Positions 20,898-31,236 of a stretch of 64,000 bases of DNA are shown piece by piece. Source of the DNA: an uncultured Alphaproteobacteria bacterium (GTDB lineage Bacteria; Pseudomonadota; Alphaproteobacteria; Rhizobiales; Xanthobacteraceae); assembly GCA_963751855.1 (NCBI GenBank), contig CAVVWF010000014.1:56814-120813 (forward strand), written 5' to 3'. Both the position numbers and the translations under genes were made by a program. The notes beneath the pieces are model-generated. The model had not been told where the DNA came from and ran no database searches. It saw only the letters and a program-made list of their open reading frames with translations. Position 1 is the stretch's first letter, and each line of letters begins with the position of its first letter.

Positions 20898-21368
20898 GTG
20901 ATCAGACATGTGTCGAACGCGCTTCTGTCGAACGCGCGTCTTGTTGCTGCTGTCGCCGTCCTGCTCGCCATTCCATTCCACGCCCATGCAGGGCAGAAGC
21001 TGATCACGGAAGAGGAAGCCAAGCTGCCGCCGCCCAAAGGAGCGGTAGCGGCGGAGCGGCGCGGCATCATGCGCGGACCGAAGATCGTCTTTACTGCGCC
21101 GAGCACGGACGTGCGCTCTCCCATCCACCTTCAGCTCAAGTTCGAAGCCTACGGCGACGCCAGGATCAATTCCAACTCCGTCAAGGTCACCTATCTGCGG
21201 ACGCCGAATGTGGACCTGACGCCGCGCGTGAAGCAATATGTGCAGCCGGGCGGCATCGACATGCCCGATGCTGAGCTGCCGCCCGGCGAGTACATGGTGC
21301 GCGTGGACCTGAAGGACAGCGACGGCCGGCCTGCCAGCACCAGTTTCACCCTGAAGATTGTCCCCTGA
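20898..21368 (+). CDS. secreted hypothetical beta-rich protein
   Basis: signal peptide AHA; LITEEEAKLP; beta-strand-like C-terminus. Confidence 0.7.
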   Translation: MIRHVSNALLSNARLVAAVAVLLAIPFHAHAGQKLITEEEAKLPPPKGAVAAERRGIMRGPKIVFTAPSTDVRSPIHLQLKFEAYGDARINSNSVKVTYLRTPNVDLTPRVKQYVQPGGIDMPDAELPPGEYMVRVDLKDSDGRPASTSFTLKIVP

Positions 21369-21391
21369 GAAGATTGTCCCCGAGCTTTTCA

Positions 21392-21592
21392 ATGATTTGT
21401 CCGTACTGCCTGAGAGACAACCCGGAACAGGTGCTGGTCTGCACCACCTGTTCGCGCGACATCGCGGTGCCCGCCACACTGATCGCGGAACGCGATGATC
21501 TCATCGCCAAGCGCGACGCCGCCCGCGAGGAGCTGCAGCGAGCGATGGCGGAGCTTCAGATGATCAAGACCAAGAGCAAAAGGTCTGCCTGA
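21392..21592 (+). CDS. small zinc-ribbon plus coiled-coil protein
   Basis: CPYC-x10-CTTCSRD followed by a heptad-like helix. Confidence 0.7.
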   Translation: MICPYCLRDNPEQVLVCTTCSRDIAVPATLIAERDDLIAKRDAAREELQRAMAELQMIKTKSKRSA

Positions 21593-21603
21593 AAGAATTG
21601 CTG

Positions 21604-22368
21604 ATGGAATGTCCGTTCTGCGCCGAGACGATCAGGGACGAGGCGATCGCGTGCAAGCACTGCTCGCGCGATCTGCGCGTGGTGCGTCCGGTTCTGCTTG
21701 AAATCCAGGAACTGGTCAGCGATCTCGAGCGCATTCGCAGCGCGCTCGACCGCACCAACGCGCGGCTGGAGCGCCACCAGCATCCGATGCGCTACTTCGC
21801 CACCCATCTGGCGCTGTATGTGGTGATCCCGGTGTTGCTGCTGCTCGTCGCGCATAGTGTCGTCACCATCGTGCTCGACATCTCGCAGCTTTGGCTGCGC
21901 ATCGCATCGCTCGTCATTCCGGCCCTGTTCGGCTTCGCGAGCTTCCCGCTGCACAAGTTACGCGTCGGCGGTGCGGCGCTGCTCGGTCTGCTCACGGCGG
22001 CCTTCAGTGTCGGCGGCATGCTCACGGTGACCGGCCTGCACGATCATGTGGCAATAATTCCCGGGCCGTGGATCGAATGGCGCGAGGTGCTCGAATATTC
22101 CTCCAGCATTTTCCTTGCGTTCATTTGCGGAAATATTTTGGGCCTCGTCACGTTCGACGTGCTGCCGCGGACGCTGGGGCAGGGCGGCAAACCCAACGCC
22201 GCCGCGTTCCGTGTCGCGCGCCTGCTCGGCCAGCATGTGGGCGATGAGCAATTGCGCCGCCGCGCGCGGCTGATCCAGGACCTCATGCAGACGGCAGGCC
22301 CGATGATCGGTGTCGCCGCCACCGCGATCGGTTCGGCCTATACGGGGCTTAAGGGTATTACGGGGTAG
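21604..22368 (+). CDS. zinc-ribbon plus coiled-coil plus multi-TM protein
   Basis: CPFC-x10-CKHCSRD; 4-5 hydrophobic segments. Confidence 0.78.
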   Translation: MECPFCAETIRDEAIACKHCSRDLRVVRPVLLEIQELVSDLERIRSALDRTNARLERHQHPMRYFATHLALYVVIPVLLLLVAHSVVTIVLDISQLWLRIASLVIPALFGFASFPLHKLRVGGAALLGLLTAAFSVGGMLTVTGLHDHVAIIPGPWIEWREVLEYSSSIFLAFICGNILGLVTFDVLPRTLGQGGKPNAAAFRVARLLGQHVGDEQLRRRARLIQDLMQTAGPMIGVAATAIGSAYTGLKGITG

Positions 22369-22643
22369 GGGCAGTGTCCCAACTCATCCGTCAAGCGATA
22401 ACGGCGCCAATGGTTCGGGCCGCCCATCGCTTCTGCGCGCGAAGCCTCAATTCGCACGAGGCGCGGCGAAATGGCAGGCCACGCGCGTGGATCCGGCCGA
22501 AATTCACCCAAGGCTTCCGATAAACAAGGCTTCCGATAAGCAAGGCATTCGATGACGCCGTTCGGTTGAGCAACTGGAACAACTTGTCTCTTGTTCGAGT
22601 TATAAGTTCCGGTGAGGCGCCTTGTTACGTGGGAGGAGGTGTC

Positions 22644-24405
22644 ATGACGACACCCGTGTCCAAATTCAAAGTCATTGCATGCGCTGCCGCGCTGGCTTGC
22701 GCGATGGTCCTGTCCGCTGCGGCCTATGCGAGAGGCGGTCAGCGGCGGCGGCGGTGGTGGCTTTCGTGGTGGAGGCGGTGGCGGCTTTCACGGAGGCGGC
22801 GGTGGCTTTCGTGGTGGTGGATGGCTTCCACGGTGGAGGCGGCTTTCGCGGTGGAGGTTTCAGCGGCGGCGGCTTTCGCGGCGGCGGCTTCCAGGGGGGG
22901 CTTTCGGCGGAGGGTTTCGTGGCGGCGGCATGCATTTCGGCGGAGCACGCCTCAGTGGCGGCCGCTCGTTTGCCGCAAGACCTTATTTTGCTCCGCGCAT
23001 GAATCGTTCATTTGCGGGCCGTTCGTTTACAGGCCGTTCTTTTACGAACCGTTCGTTTGCGGGCCGTTCGTTTGCGAGACCGGGCTTCCGTGGCGGACGT
23101 TCGTTCAGCCAACGCTCAGTCGGGCCGCGCAATGCCGCTCGCTTCAACGGCCGCACCGGGCGCGCCGCTGCGATAGGCGCAACCGCGGGGGTCGGCGCCT
23201 CCGCGCTCGCGGCGCGCAACCGCAACGTGACCCGCAACGCGAATGCAGTGCAACGCTCGTTGAACGCGCGTGGCGTCAACCGGGCGCTGAACAACCGCGC
23301 CGCGCTGCGCGATCCGCGTACCCGCGCGTTGATCACCGCGGGCGTGGCCACGGCGGGTTGGCATGGTGGCAATCGGTGGTGGCGCCATCGCAACGGTGGC
23401 TTCGGCTGGGTCGGCCCGGTGTTCTGGCCGTTCGCCTACAATGACTTTTATGACTACGCCTTCTGGGGCGCGCCCTATGACGATGCGTTCTGGGGCTACG
23501 GTTATCCGGATATCTATGCCGGCATGTTCGGCCCTTATGGCTATGATGACCTGATGGGCTATGCGGGCTACCTGCCGCGTTATGCCGGCAGGGGCGGAGG
23601 CAACCTCGACACCTATGCCTATGCGCCATCGAAAGGTGGGGCAAACCGCGCGCAGACAAACCTCGCGCAAATGTGCGGCGACGACAGCCGCGTGATCGCA
23701 GGGCTGCCGACCGAGGCATTCCAGAATGCGATCCAGCCCAACGAAGCCCAGCGCGCCGCGCTTGAGGCACTCGCCAACGCTTCGGAAAAGGCCGCTGCAG
23801 CGCTCAAGAACTCCTGCCCCACCGACGTTGCGCTGACCGCACCGGGCCGGCTTGCAGCGATGCAGCAGCGCATTGAGGCGATGAGCGTCGCGGTGCAGAC
23901 GGTGCGAGGGCCGCTCGCTAATTTCTACGCCCTCCTGAACGATGAGCAGAAAGCGAAGATCAATGCGTTGTCCAGCACGGGCCAGCGTCCGGCCAGAACC
24001 ACGTCGAACCAGACCGCGTCAAACCAGACTGCGGCGAGAGCCGGCTCGGCCGGAGTTGCCTGCGATGTGACGCAACCGGAGCTGACCGCGTGGCCGGCCG
24101 CCACCATCGAGCAATCGGTCAAGCCGACCGACCAGCAGCGCAAATCTCTTGACGCGCTTCAGGCCGCCGCTGCGCAAGCCGCGGACAACTTGAAGGCATC
24201 GTGCGAGAGGAGGCCGGAGGACGTGCAGACGCCGCCGGCACGACTCGCAGTCGTGGCCCAGCGGCTCAACGCCATGCTGCAGGCGGTCAAGTCCGTGCGC
24301 ATGGCGATGGATGGCTTCTATGGATCATTGACCGACGAGCAGAAAGCGGCCTTCGACGCGATCGGTCCGCAGCAGGCCGGCGGGCGCCGAAACGCCCGCG
24401 GATAA
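22644..24405 (+). CDS. Spy/CpxP (LTXXQ) family secreted protein with Gly/Arg-rich N-terminus; frameshifts in the Gly repeat
   Basis: signal peptide; GGF(R/H)G repeats; two domains ending FYALLNDEQKA and FYGSLTDEQKA. Confidence 0.8.
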
Positions 24406-24601
24406 TCGACGCTGCGAATATATCGGGGGCGAATGCGTCCCGGTGAATGAATGAGCTCCAGCACCCCAGCCGCGTCGCGCGGCTGGGGTGTCAGTATGTG
24501 AAGGAGGAAACGCTCTCACTGTGCGCGCGTCATCAGCTTTCACATGCCTGACAGCATGTCCGCTTTGCGCCAGTGGCGGTTCGTCTCGCCGTTGCAGTGG
24601 T

Positions 24602-25597
24602 TCAATCCACTTTCAGGTTTGCGGCCTTGACCACTTTCTCCCACTTCTCGGTCTCCTCGGCGATCATCTTGCCGAAGGCGTCCGGGGTCCCGATCAGCGG
24701 ATCACCCCCGAGATCGATCAGCTTCGCCTTGATCGTCGGCTCGGCCAGGACTTCGTTCACAGCGGCATTGAGCTTGGCGATGATCTCCGGCGGCGTCTTT
24801 TTCGGCGCGCCCATGCCGAACAATGCACTGGCCTCGTAGCCGGGCACTGTCTCGCCCACGGTCGGGACATCCGGCAGCAATGGCGATCGCTGGGCGGTGG
24901 TCACGGCCAATGCGCGCAGATTGCCCGAGCGGACGTGCTGGATGATCGACGGCATGTTGTCGAAGATCACCTGTACCTGGTTGCCCGTCATGTCGGTGAT
25001 CGCAAGCGCGGCACCGCGATAAGGCACGTGCTGCATCTTGGCACCTGTCATCATCATGAACATCTCGCCGGACAGATGCACTGAAGTGCCGTTGCCCGAC
25101 GACGCCATGTTCACCTTGTCCGGATCGGCTTTCACATCGGCGATGAATTCGGCGACGGTCTTCGCAGTGACCTGCTGGTTGACGGTCATCACATTGGCGG
25201 TGCGGTGGAAGGCGGCGACCGGTGCGATATCACGCACGAAGTTGAAGCTCAGCTTCGAATACAGTGTCGCATTGATGTAATTCGCCGGATTGACGAGCAG
25301 CACGGTGTAACCATCGGGCTCGGCATTCACCACCGCGTCGGTGCCGATATTGTTCCCGGCGCCCGGCTTGTTCTCGATGATGAATTGCTGGCCCATCTTC
25401 TCCGACAGGCGCTGCCCGATCAGGCGTGCCAGAATGTCAGTGGCACCGCCCGGCGGATAACCGACGACCCAGCGGATCGGCCTGTTCGGATAGTTTTGCG
25501 CTTGCGCCAACGCCGGCGCGACAGAGGTGAGAGCAGATGCAGCAAATGCAGAAAAGCCAAACGCGATCAGACCGATCGCGGCACGACGTGACCTCAT
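24602..25597 (-). CDS. tripartite tricarboxylate transporter substrate-binding protein (Bug/TctC)
   Basis: YPPGGATD, ENKPGAG, PDGYT, HVPYRG. Confidence 0.92.
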   Translation of the reverse strand: MRSRRAAIGLIAFGFSAFAASALTSVAPALAQAQNYPNRPIRWVVGYPPGGATDILARLIGQRLSEKMGQQFIIENKPGAGNNIGTDAVVNAEPDGYTVLLVNPANYINATLYSKLSFNFVRDIAPVAAFHRTANVMTVNQQVTAKTVAEFIADVKADPDKVNMASSGNGTSVHLSGEMFMMMTGAKMQHVPYRGAALAITDMTGNQVQVIFDNMPSIIQHVRSGNLRALAVTTAQRSPLLPDVPTVGETVPGYEASALFGMGAPKKTPPEIIAKLNAAVNEVLAEPTIKAKLIDLGGDPLIGTPDAFGKMIAEETEKWEKVVKAANLKVD

Positions 25598-26072
25598 GTT
25601 TTATTCCCCCCGGCTGCCGCGACTTGGCGCGCGGTCAGCGTGTGTTGAGTTGACAACACCCGTCTGTAGCAAACAATTCGACTATCGACCATTGCGACAC
25701 ACATGCGGCACCGCCGCAAAGAAACGCCGAGACCGGCGCGTCAGTTTGTATTTCTGCGTGCAGCCATTCGCCGCCCTTAGCCGGGTTTCGTTGTCGAGGC
25801 CGCAGCGCAGGATGCGCACGGTCCCGGTGAGTTGCCTCGTGCCAAGCGCGCGGCATGCCGGCGGATGTCGGTGCGCAGCGCAGTGGTCGTGAATGGCCGC
25901 TTCGCCTCAGAAGCGGACGTCAGCGGCAGACGGGCTCGCGACGCAGATGAGCCGGCGCCTAGACGTCTACGGGCGCGGATAATTACGGCGGGCGAATGCG
26001 GACGCGGATAGTCACGAGGGACGAACGCGGACGCGGATAATCACGTTGGAAGAATGTGTCCCTGCACACCAG

Positions 26073-26230
26073 CCGCATCACGCGGCTGGTGTGTTCGCAT
26101 GTGGGTGATGAACAGCTTCGCCGTCGCGTGGATGATTGGGATTCTCACACAGACCGTAGGCCAGATGATCGGCGTCGCCGCCATCGCGGTCGGCTCGGCC
26201 TATACGGGGCTCATGGGGATTACGGGGTGA
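26073..26230 (+). pseudogene. degenerate copy of the 3' end of the 21604-22368 gene (partner 22209-22368)
   Basis: HVGDEQLRRR and GATGATCGGYGTCGCCGCCA...TCGGCCTATACGGGGCT...ATTACGGGGT shared. Confidence 0.88.
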
Positions 26231-26339
26231 GAGGCGGGGGCGAAGAGGCTGGGTTTGGCATGGTAGCTTGACTTGCCATCCAGCTAGGGGCCAAAAGTGA
26301 TCCCCGACGCATCTTTGGGCATTGATTGAGAAGAAGAAA

Positions 26340-27750
26340 ATGACGCTGATGTCAGAGGAAGCCTAAAGAATACCAAGCTCAGCTCGAACCAATACGTCGT
26401 TTTCGAAGAACTGATCTCAAACGCGATAGACTTTGTTCTCATCCGCAAGGAAGTAGATGCGTCGGCTCCCAACATGTTGGTCCAGATCGAGGTCGATTTT
26501 ATCCGAGCAGACATGTTCGAGGAGCGGGAATCAATGGTGGTCTCCTGTAGGGATAACGGCTGCGGATTTGGAGAGGATCAGCTCAAGGCCTTCTTGACGA
26601 AAGATACATCCTACAAGGATGACCTTTAAGTATTTCTGGGGATCGGCAAGTGCAAAGGCGCTGGCAGGATTCAATTCTTTCATCATTTCTCAGCTCTCTC
26701 AATCGACAGCACCTATCGCGAGGGGCGGGACGTTGTCAGACGCGAGATGAGTTTTTCCGAACCACAGAAGCAGATCGACGCGGATGAATTTCATTCCAGT
26801 CCTGGACACGAGGATGCGATCGGGACTGCGATAAAGCTTGAGCAGTTCAAAGAGACCACGGGCGCGCGAATAGCTCGCGGAGCAGCGTTGAGTAGTTTGT
26901 TCTCGGCGCCGATGCTTAAGAAACAGATGCTCGTGGCCTTTCTTCAAAGGCTGGTTAGTCTTGATGGCCGACTGGGAGACTTCGAAATTAATTTCATCAC
27001 TCGCCACTGGAAGGGTAGCGAGCAGATCGAGCTCTTGAAGCGCTCCGACCTGCCAAAGGTGACAGCTGAAGCAGTAGTAGAGGTAGAGGAACGTGATCCT
27101 ACTACGGGTGACGCTCTCGGCATAAATCAGAAATTTAAGCTCTCTCACTATCAACTTGATGCCAGCCTTTACGATCTTCCAAGGAATTCCATCGGCCTTT
27201 TGTGCAAAATCGTCGCCGGTCAAGGACATCACCTCCCGCTATCTGCGAACTCGAACGGAACAAAACAACCCGGCAGGCGGGTTTCATCACATCGTTCTAA
27301 TCGAGAGCGACTATCTGGATCAGCGCGTCAACGAGCAACGCGACGACTTCGACAATATCCCGGCAGAAATCCCCAGCGGCGACATGTTTTCATCCGAAAA
27401 GTTGTCTTATGCCGCGATTTACGACCGCCATTGACCCGTTGATCGACAAGATGGTTGTACCGGCGAGTTGGAATAAGAAGAAGTCCTGAAGGAAGTGACG
27501 GATCAATTCGGTATCACCGAGGCGATGCTTCAGGATACCTCAACGCGCATCGTCTATGGCGAGTCTGCTCAAGCGGTCGCCGAGCGCGTCCTTAAGAAAT
27601 ATCAGGAGCGTGTAATCGACGAAACCGTCGAGATATTCAACCTGAAGGAAGAGATCATCAGGGCAGAGCCGCATTCGGAGGAGTTCCGGACGAAGATCAA
27701 TGAGCTTTCGTGGAAATACACCTCATCTCTAAAAAATTTCGACATGGCTA
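26340..27750 (+). pseudogene. GHKL/HATPase-like ATP-binding protein, frameshifted and 3'-truncated, lower GC
   Basis: FEELISNAID, DNGCGFG and GKCKGAGR motifs across frames. Confidence 0.7.
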
Positions 27751-27774
27751 AAATGGCTAAGCCGCATGCGCAAA

Positions 27775-28023
27775 TCAGGTCCGCATCCTCACATTTTCAC
27801 GCGCGGTCGGGAGTTCGGCGGCGGTGAAGCGGTGGCCAGTAGTCATCCGGCTCTCCGGCACCCGTTCAAGCGCGAGCAGGGCCAACTCGGTCAGCCGCGG
27901 GAGCGGCTTCTCCATCTGCTCCCACACCACAATGGTCTGGCGGGAAACGTCCAGCTCCACGCGAAGCATCTCCTGCGTCATCCCGTGGCGCTTTCTCCAA
28001 CGACGCAATTCAGTACCAAGCAT
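27775..28023 (-). CDS. XRE-family HTH regulator
   Basis: LRRWRKRHGMTQEMLRVELDVSRQTIVVWE. Confidence 0.78.
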   Translation of the reverse strand: MLGTELRRWRKRHGMTQEMLRVELDVSRQTIVVWEQMEKPLPRLTELALLALERVPESRMTTGHRFTAAELPTARENVRMRT

Positions 28024-28362
28024 AATTCACCCGGATGTCTGATTTCGTTACATTTTGGATCTGCTTTTCCATTTTGGCCTCTAAAACCAGCGGTCGGGCG
28101 GAAACCCGGTAGGATGGAGGCTAGGGAAGAAGTCTTGCTCTTACGTTAACGAATTTCCATTTTCGTCATCCAAAATCGATCGGCGGCCGAAGTGTGCGGG
28201 TGGCTCGCGATTGAGCGCGTTGTTTCCCGGCCTCCCATATTTGATCAGAAGCGAATTTGCTCTCCGGGTTGAGCCCGCCTTTGAACGGCCTAGCTCGCTG
28301 GAACACCCCCAAATAATCCCTATCTTATCCGTGAAGCTCCTCGTTCCTCGAAGGAAATCCGC

Positions 28363-29051
28363 ATGTGCGGCAGAGCGCGGCTTGATGACGACTACTCCGA
28401 AATAAAGATCCGGTTGAAGTTCGACACGGATGCATCACGGACTTTTCAACGTGATTGGAATATTGCGCCGACGCGCCCGATGCTCGTGGCGTCTCGCTTG
28501 CTCATCGACGGCAAGCGCGTGCCCAAGATGATGCGGTGGGGGTTGCTTCCGAGCTGGGCGAAGGAAGAGAAGCTTTTTCGTACTCGACCTTCAATGCGCG
28601 CTCAGAAGATTTCACCACCAAGCCAGCGTTCAAGGACGCGTGGCGGCGAGGGCAGCGGTGCCTCGTGGTCACCAATGGATTTTACGAGTGGCGCAAGTCC
28701 GACAAGCAGTCGTTCGCGATTGGGATGGAAGACGACAGCCCGATGGTGATGGCCGGTCTTTGGTCATCATGGACAAATCCGGCCAACGGCGAGGAAGTGT
28801 TGAGCTGCACGATCCTCACATGCGAACCCAACGAAGTGATGGCCGAACTTCATGACCGGATGCCGTGTATTTTGGGCGAGGGCGACTGGCCGCTCTGGCT
28901 GGGAGAAGAGGAAGCAACCGAGCAGCAATTGCTGGAAATGCTTCGGCCTTGCCCCGACGAATGGATCAAGGTTTGGCCGGTCGACAAGAAGGTCGGGAAC
29001 GTCAAGAATAACGGCCCCGAGTTGAAACTTCCGCTCGAAGACAACGACTAA
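28363..29051 (+). CDS. SOS response-associated peptidase (SRAP/YedK family), frameshift near 28575
   Basis: N-terminal MCGR, WNIAPT, MRWGL, FNARSE, GFYEW, LHDRMP. Confidence 0.9.
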
Positions 29052-29097
29052 AGTCTGGAACCCCAACACGCCGCGAATGGTAGTGGCTTGTAGAAAT

Positions 29098-29112
29098 GTT
29101 CATGTTTTGTTC
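29098..29112 (+). promoter_or_regulatory. alphaproteobacterial LexA box
   Basis: GTTC-ATGTTTT-GTTC matches GTTC-N7-GTTC, 25 bp upstream of ATG 29138. Confidence 0.8.
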
Positions 29113-29137
29113 TTATGAAGATCCAACGAGGTCTTCC

Positions 29138-29332
29138 ATGAGAAATGACGTGACGCTGCTCAAGCAGAACATTGCGCGTTTGCGCCGCGAGATACGCAAA
29201 GCCACCCGAGAGCTTCAAACCCTTGTGGATGCCGATCTGGATTGTTCAGGCGCGGCGCGCGTCATCATGCACATGGAGAAGGATCTGCGGCTTTACCTGG
29301 AGAAGTACGAACATGTCGTGGCAAGCGCCTGA
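29138..29332 (+). CDS. small coiled-coil hypothetical protein
   Basis: GAGG RBS; downstream of the LexA box. Confidence 0.6.
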   Translation: MRNDVTLLKQNIARLRREIRKATRELQTLVDADLDCSGAARVIMHMEKDLRLYLEKYEHVVASA

Positions 29333-29726
29333 GGGTGGTCCGCACAAAGTCGCCATTCGTCAGAAGCTTTATGAGGCGAGCCAGAGCGAGGTCGATAATT
29401 TCTTCGGCCGCCCGCTCGCGAAAAGCAGTCACCACTTTGTCTACCAAAACGAGAGCTATGAAGTGTTCTCGTTCAAGGAGAAATCCGAGGCTCTGGAATT
29501 CATGACGGCATTTCAAGGTGAGCCGTTCGATCCAAGGGACATCGGTGGTGGGTCCAAATGGATGATGTGGTTCAAGGGCAGAGTGTCGGGCCGAAAAGGA
29601 GAATCCTTACAGTTGAGAGCAGCACAGGATGAGAGGGGATTTCGGCCCTTCCGCTGTGTCGCTACACTTAAAGAACCCACACGCAGCGAATCTCGGTGCC
29701 GTCGTCATGCACTGAGCGCTCGCTAG
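29313..29726 (+). CDS. hypothetical protein (3' end uncertain)
   Basis: overlaps the upstream gene; VFSFKEKSEALEFMTAFQGEPFDPRD. Confidence 0.55.
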   Translation: MSWQAPEGGPHKVAIRQKLYEASQSEVDNFFGRPLAKSSHHFVYQNESYEVFSFKEKSEALEFMTAFQGEPFDPRDIGGGSKWMMWFKGRVSGRKGESLQLRAAQDERGFRPFRCVATLKEPTRSESRCRRHALSAR

Positions 29727-29889
29727 TGTCCGAATCCAAAGTTCGCCTGATCGTGCACCGCGCTCCGTAGCGAACTTTGGATTCGAGAGGACACTAGTAA
29801 ATTTATCATTCTAGTGTGGTTTGGGTTCAGAAGTTCGCTGGAAGGAATTCGCGGGAAAGATGGAGCGAACTTCTGAACCACCACACTAG
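29723..29889. repeat. CTAG-bounded double-hairpin intergenic element (CIR/RIME/MITE-like)
   Basis: CTAGTGTCC..GAATCCAAAGTTCGC/GCGAACTTTGGATTC..GGACACTAG, 13-bp AT spacer, CTAGTGTGG..TTCAGAAGTTCGC/GCGAACTTCTGAA..CCACACTAG. Confidence 0.88.
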
Positions 29890-29913
29890 GCCGCGCTCGC
29901 AGGAAAATAACGA

Positions 29914-30507
29914 ATGACGAATGATGATCGCACCAAGAAAATTCCCGAGAAAATTCCCAAGAAAACTCCCAAGATCATTCCAAGGCGAACGCCGGAATCA
30001 GCGGCCATGTCAGCAAACGTCCAACGAGCGATGGCGATCACCGCCACTCTCAACCGTTTGACGTATAACGATGCGGATGAAGTCCGTGCGTTGTTCAGCG
30101 ATCTCATCGGCAAGAAGGTGGACGACAGCTTTATATTGATCCCGCCGTTCTACACAGCCTGCGGGGTCGATATCAGCGTCGGACGCAATGTCTTCGTCAA
30201 TCAGAATTGCACGTTCTATGATCTTGGCGGGCTCGACATTGCCGACGATGTGATGATCGGGCCGAACGTGAGCATCATCACGACGGGCCATCCGCTTGAA
30301 CCTTCGCAGCGGCGCGCCGCTGTGATCGCAAAGCCCATCGCGATTGAGAAAAACGTCTGGATCGCAGCCAATGCTACGATCATCGGCGGAGTGACGGTGG
30401 GCGAAAACTCTGTTGTTGCGGCGGGCTCCGTCGTCACCAAGGATGTTCCGCCGAATACCCTTGTGGGAGGAAACCCGGCGAGGGTCATTCGTTCGATCGC
30501 CGACTGA
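29914..30507 (+). CDS. sugar O-acetyltransferase (maltose acetyltransferase-like, hexapeptide repeat)
   Basis: IPPFY, VMIGPNV, VWIAANATIIGGVTVGENSVVAAGSVVTKDVP. Confidence 0.9.
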   Translation: MTNDDRTKKIPEKIPKKTPKIIPRRTPESAAMSANVQRAMAITATLNRLTYNDADEVRALFSDLIGKKVDDSFILIPPFYTACGVDISVGRNVFVNQNCTFYDLGGLDIADDVMIGPNVSIITTGHPLEPSQRRAAVIAKPIAIEKNVWIAANATIIGGVTVGENSVVAAGSVVTKDVPPNTLVGGNPARVIRSIAD

Positions 30508-30515
30508 GGTGGCGA

Positions 30516-30908
30516 TCACACGGCGGCGATGCAGTCGATTTCAATGTCAAAGTGTCCGGGCCATTCCGGCACGCAGACGAAAATGCGCGCGGGCGGATTG
30601 ACGGGAAAATAACGCGCGTAGATCGCGTTCACCGCCGCGAATTTCTCCACCGAGGTGCAGTAGACGTTGCACTTCAGCACATTGTCCAGCGACGAGCCCG
30701 CCGTCTCGACACACAGCTTGAGCTGCTCGAGCACCAGCTCGGTCTGCCGCTCGATCGGCGCATCCACTATTTCGCCGGTGTCGGGATCGAACGGCGGAAA
30801 GCCGGAGACATAAATCGTGTCGCCGTGCCGGGTGACGGCGGAGGTCGGCGCCTTCCAGCGCTCCAGCCAGGTGGAGAGCGGCTCGACGCGGATGATCTCT
30901 CGTTTCAT
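30516..30908 (-). CDS. RidA/YjgF family protein
   Basis: IYVSG, VNAIYARYFPVNPPAR, IEIDCIA. Confidence 0.88.
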   Translation of the reverse strand: MKREIIRVEPLSTWLERWKAPTSAVTRHGDTIYVSGFPPFDPDTGEIVDAPIERQTELVLEQLKLCVETAGSSLDNVLKCNVYCTSVEKFAAVNAIYARYFPVNPPARIFVCVPEWPGHFDIEIDCIAAV

Positions 30909-30981
30909 TGCAACTGGTCCTTCGGGGTCTGCGATCCGTTGCACAATAGCGTAATGCGCGGTCACGCCAACGTGCGCGTCG

Positions 30982-31173
30982 GTGCCGGGGGCTGCGACCA
31001 CGGTGCAGTTCATGGTCAAGGACTCGAAGAAATATGCCTCGACCGGCGGCTGGGGCTTTGGCCGCTTCGTCAACGGCAAGCCGGCGGACGAGGCCCAGCA
31101 TGAAACCTGCTTTGCCTGCCACCAAGCGCTCGTGAAGAACCATGATTACGTGTTCACGCGCTACGCGCCGTAA
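30982..31173 (+). pseudogene. cytochrome P460 family C-terminal fragment
   Basis: VQFMVKDSKKYASTGGWGFGRF...CFACH...DYVFTRYAP; no N-terminus or signal peptide. Confidence 0.8.
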
Positions 31174-31236
31174 TGAGGATCGAATGACGGAGAGGGCGTA
31201 GCGCGCGACGGCGGAGAGCACACGACGAGAAGCCCC

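Noticed and set aside
24556-25920. Classical integron attC cassettes
   Set aside because: No intI in the window, and the hairpins lack the RYYYAAC/GTTRRRY boxes; kept only as an analogy.
30982-31173. Functional cytochrome P460 or nitrification gene
   Set aside because: Only the C-terminal ~63 codons remain, with no signal peptide.
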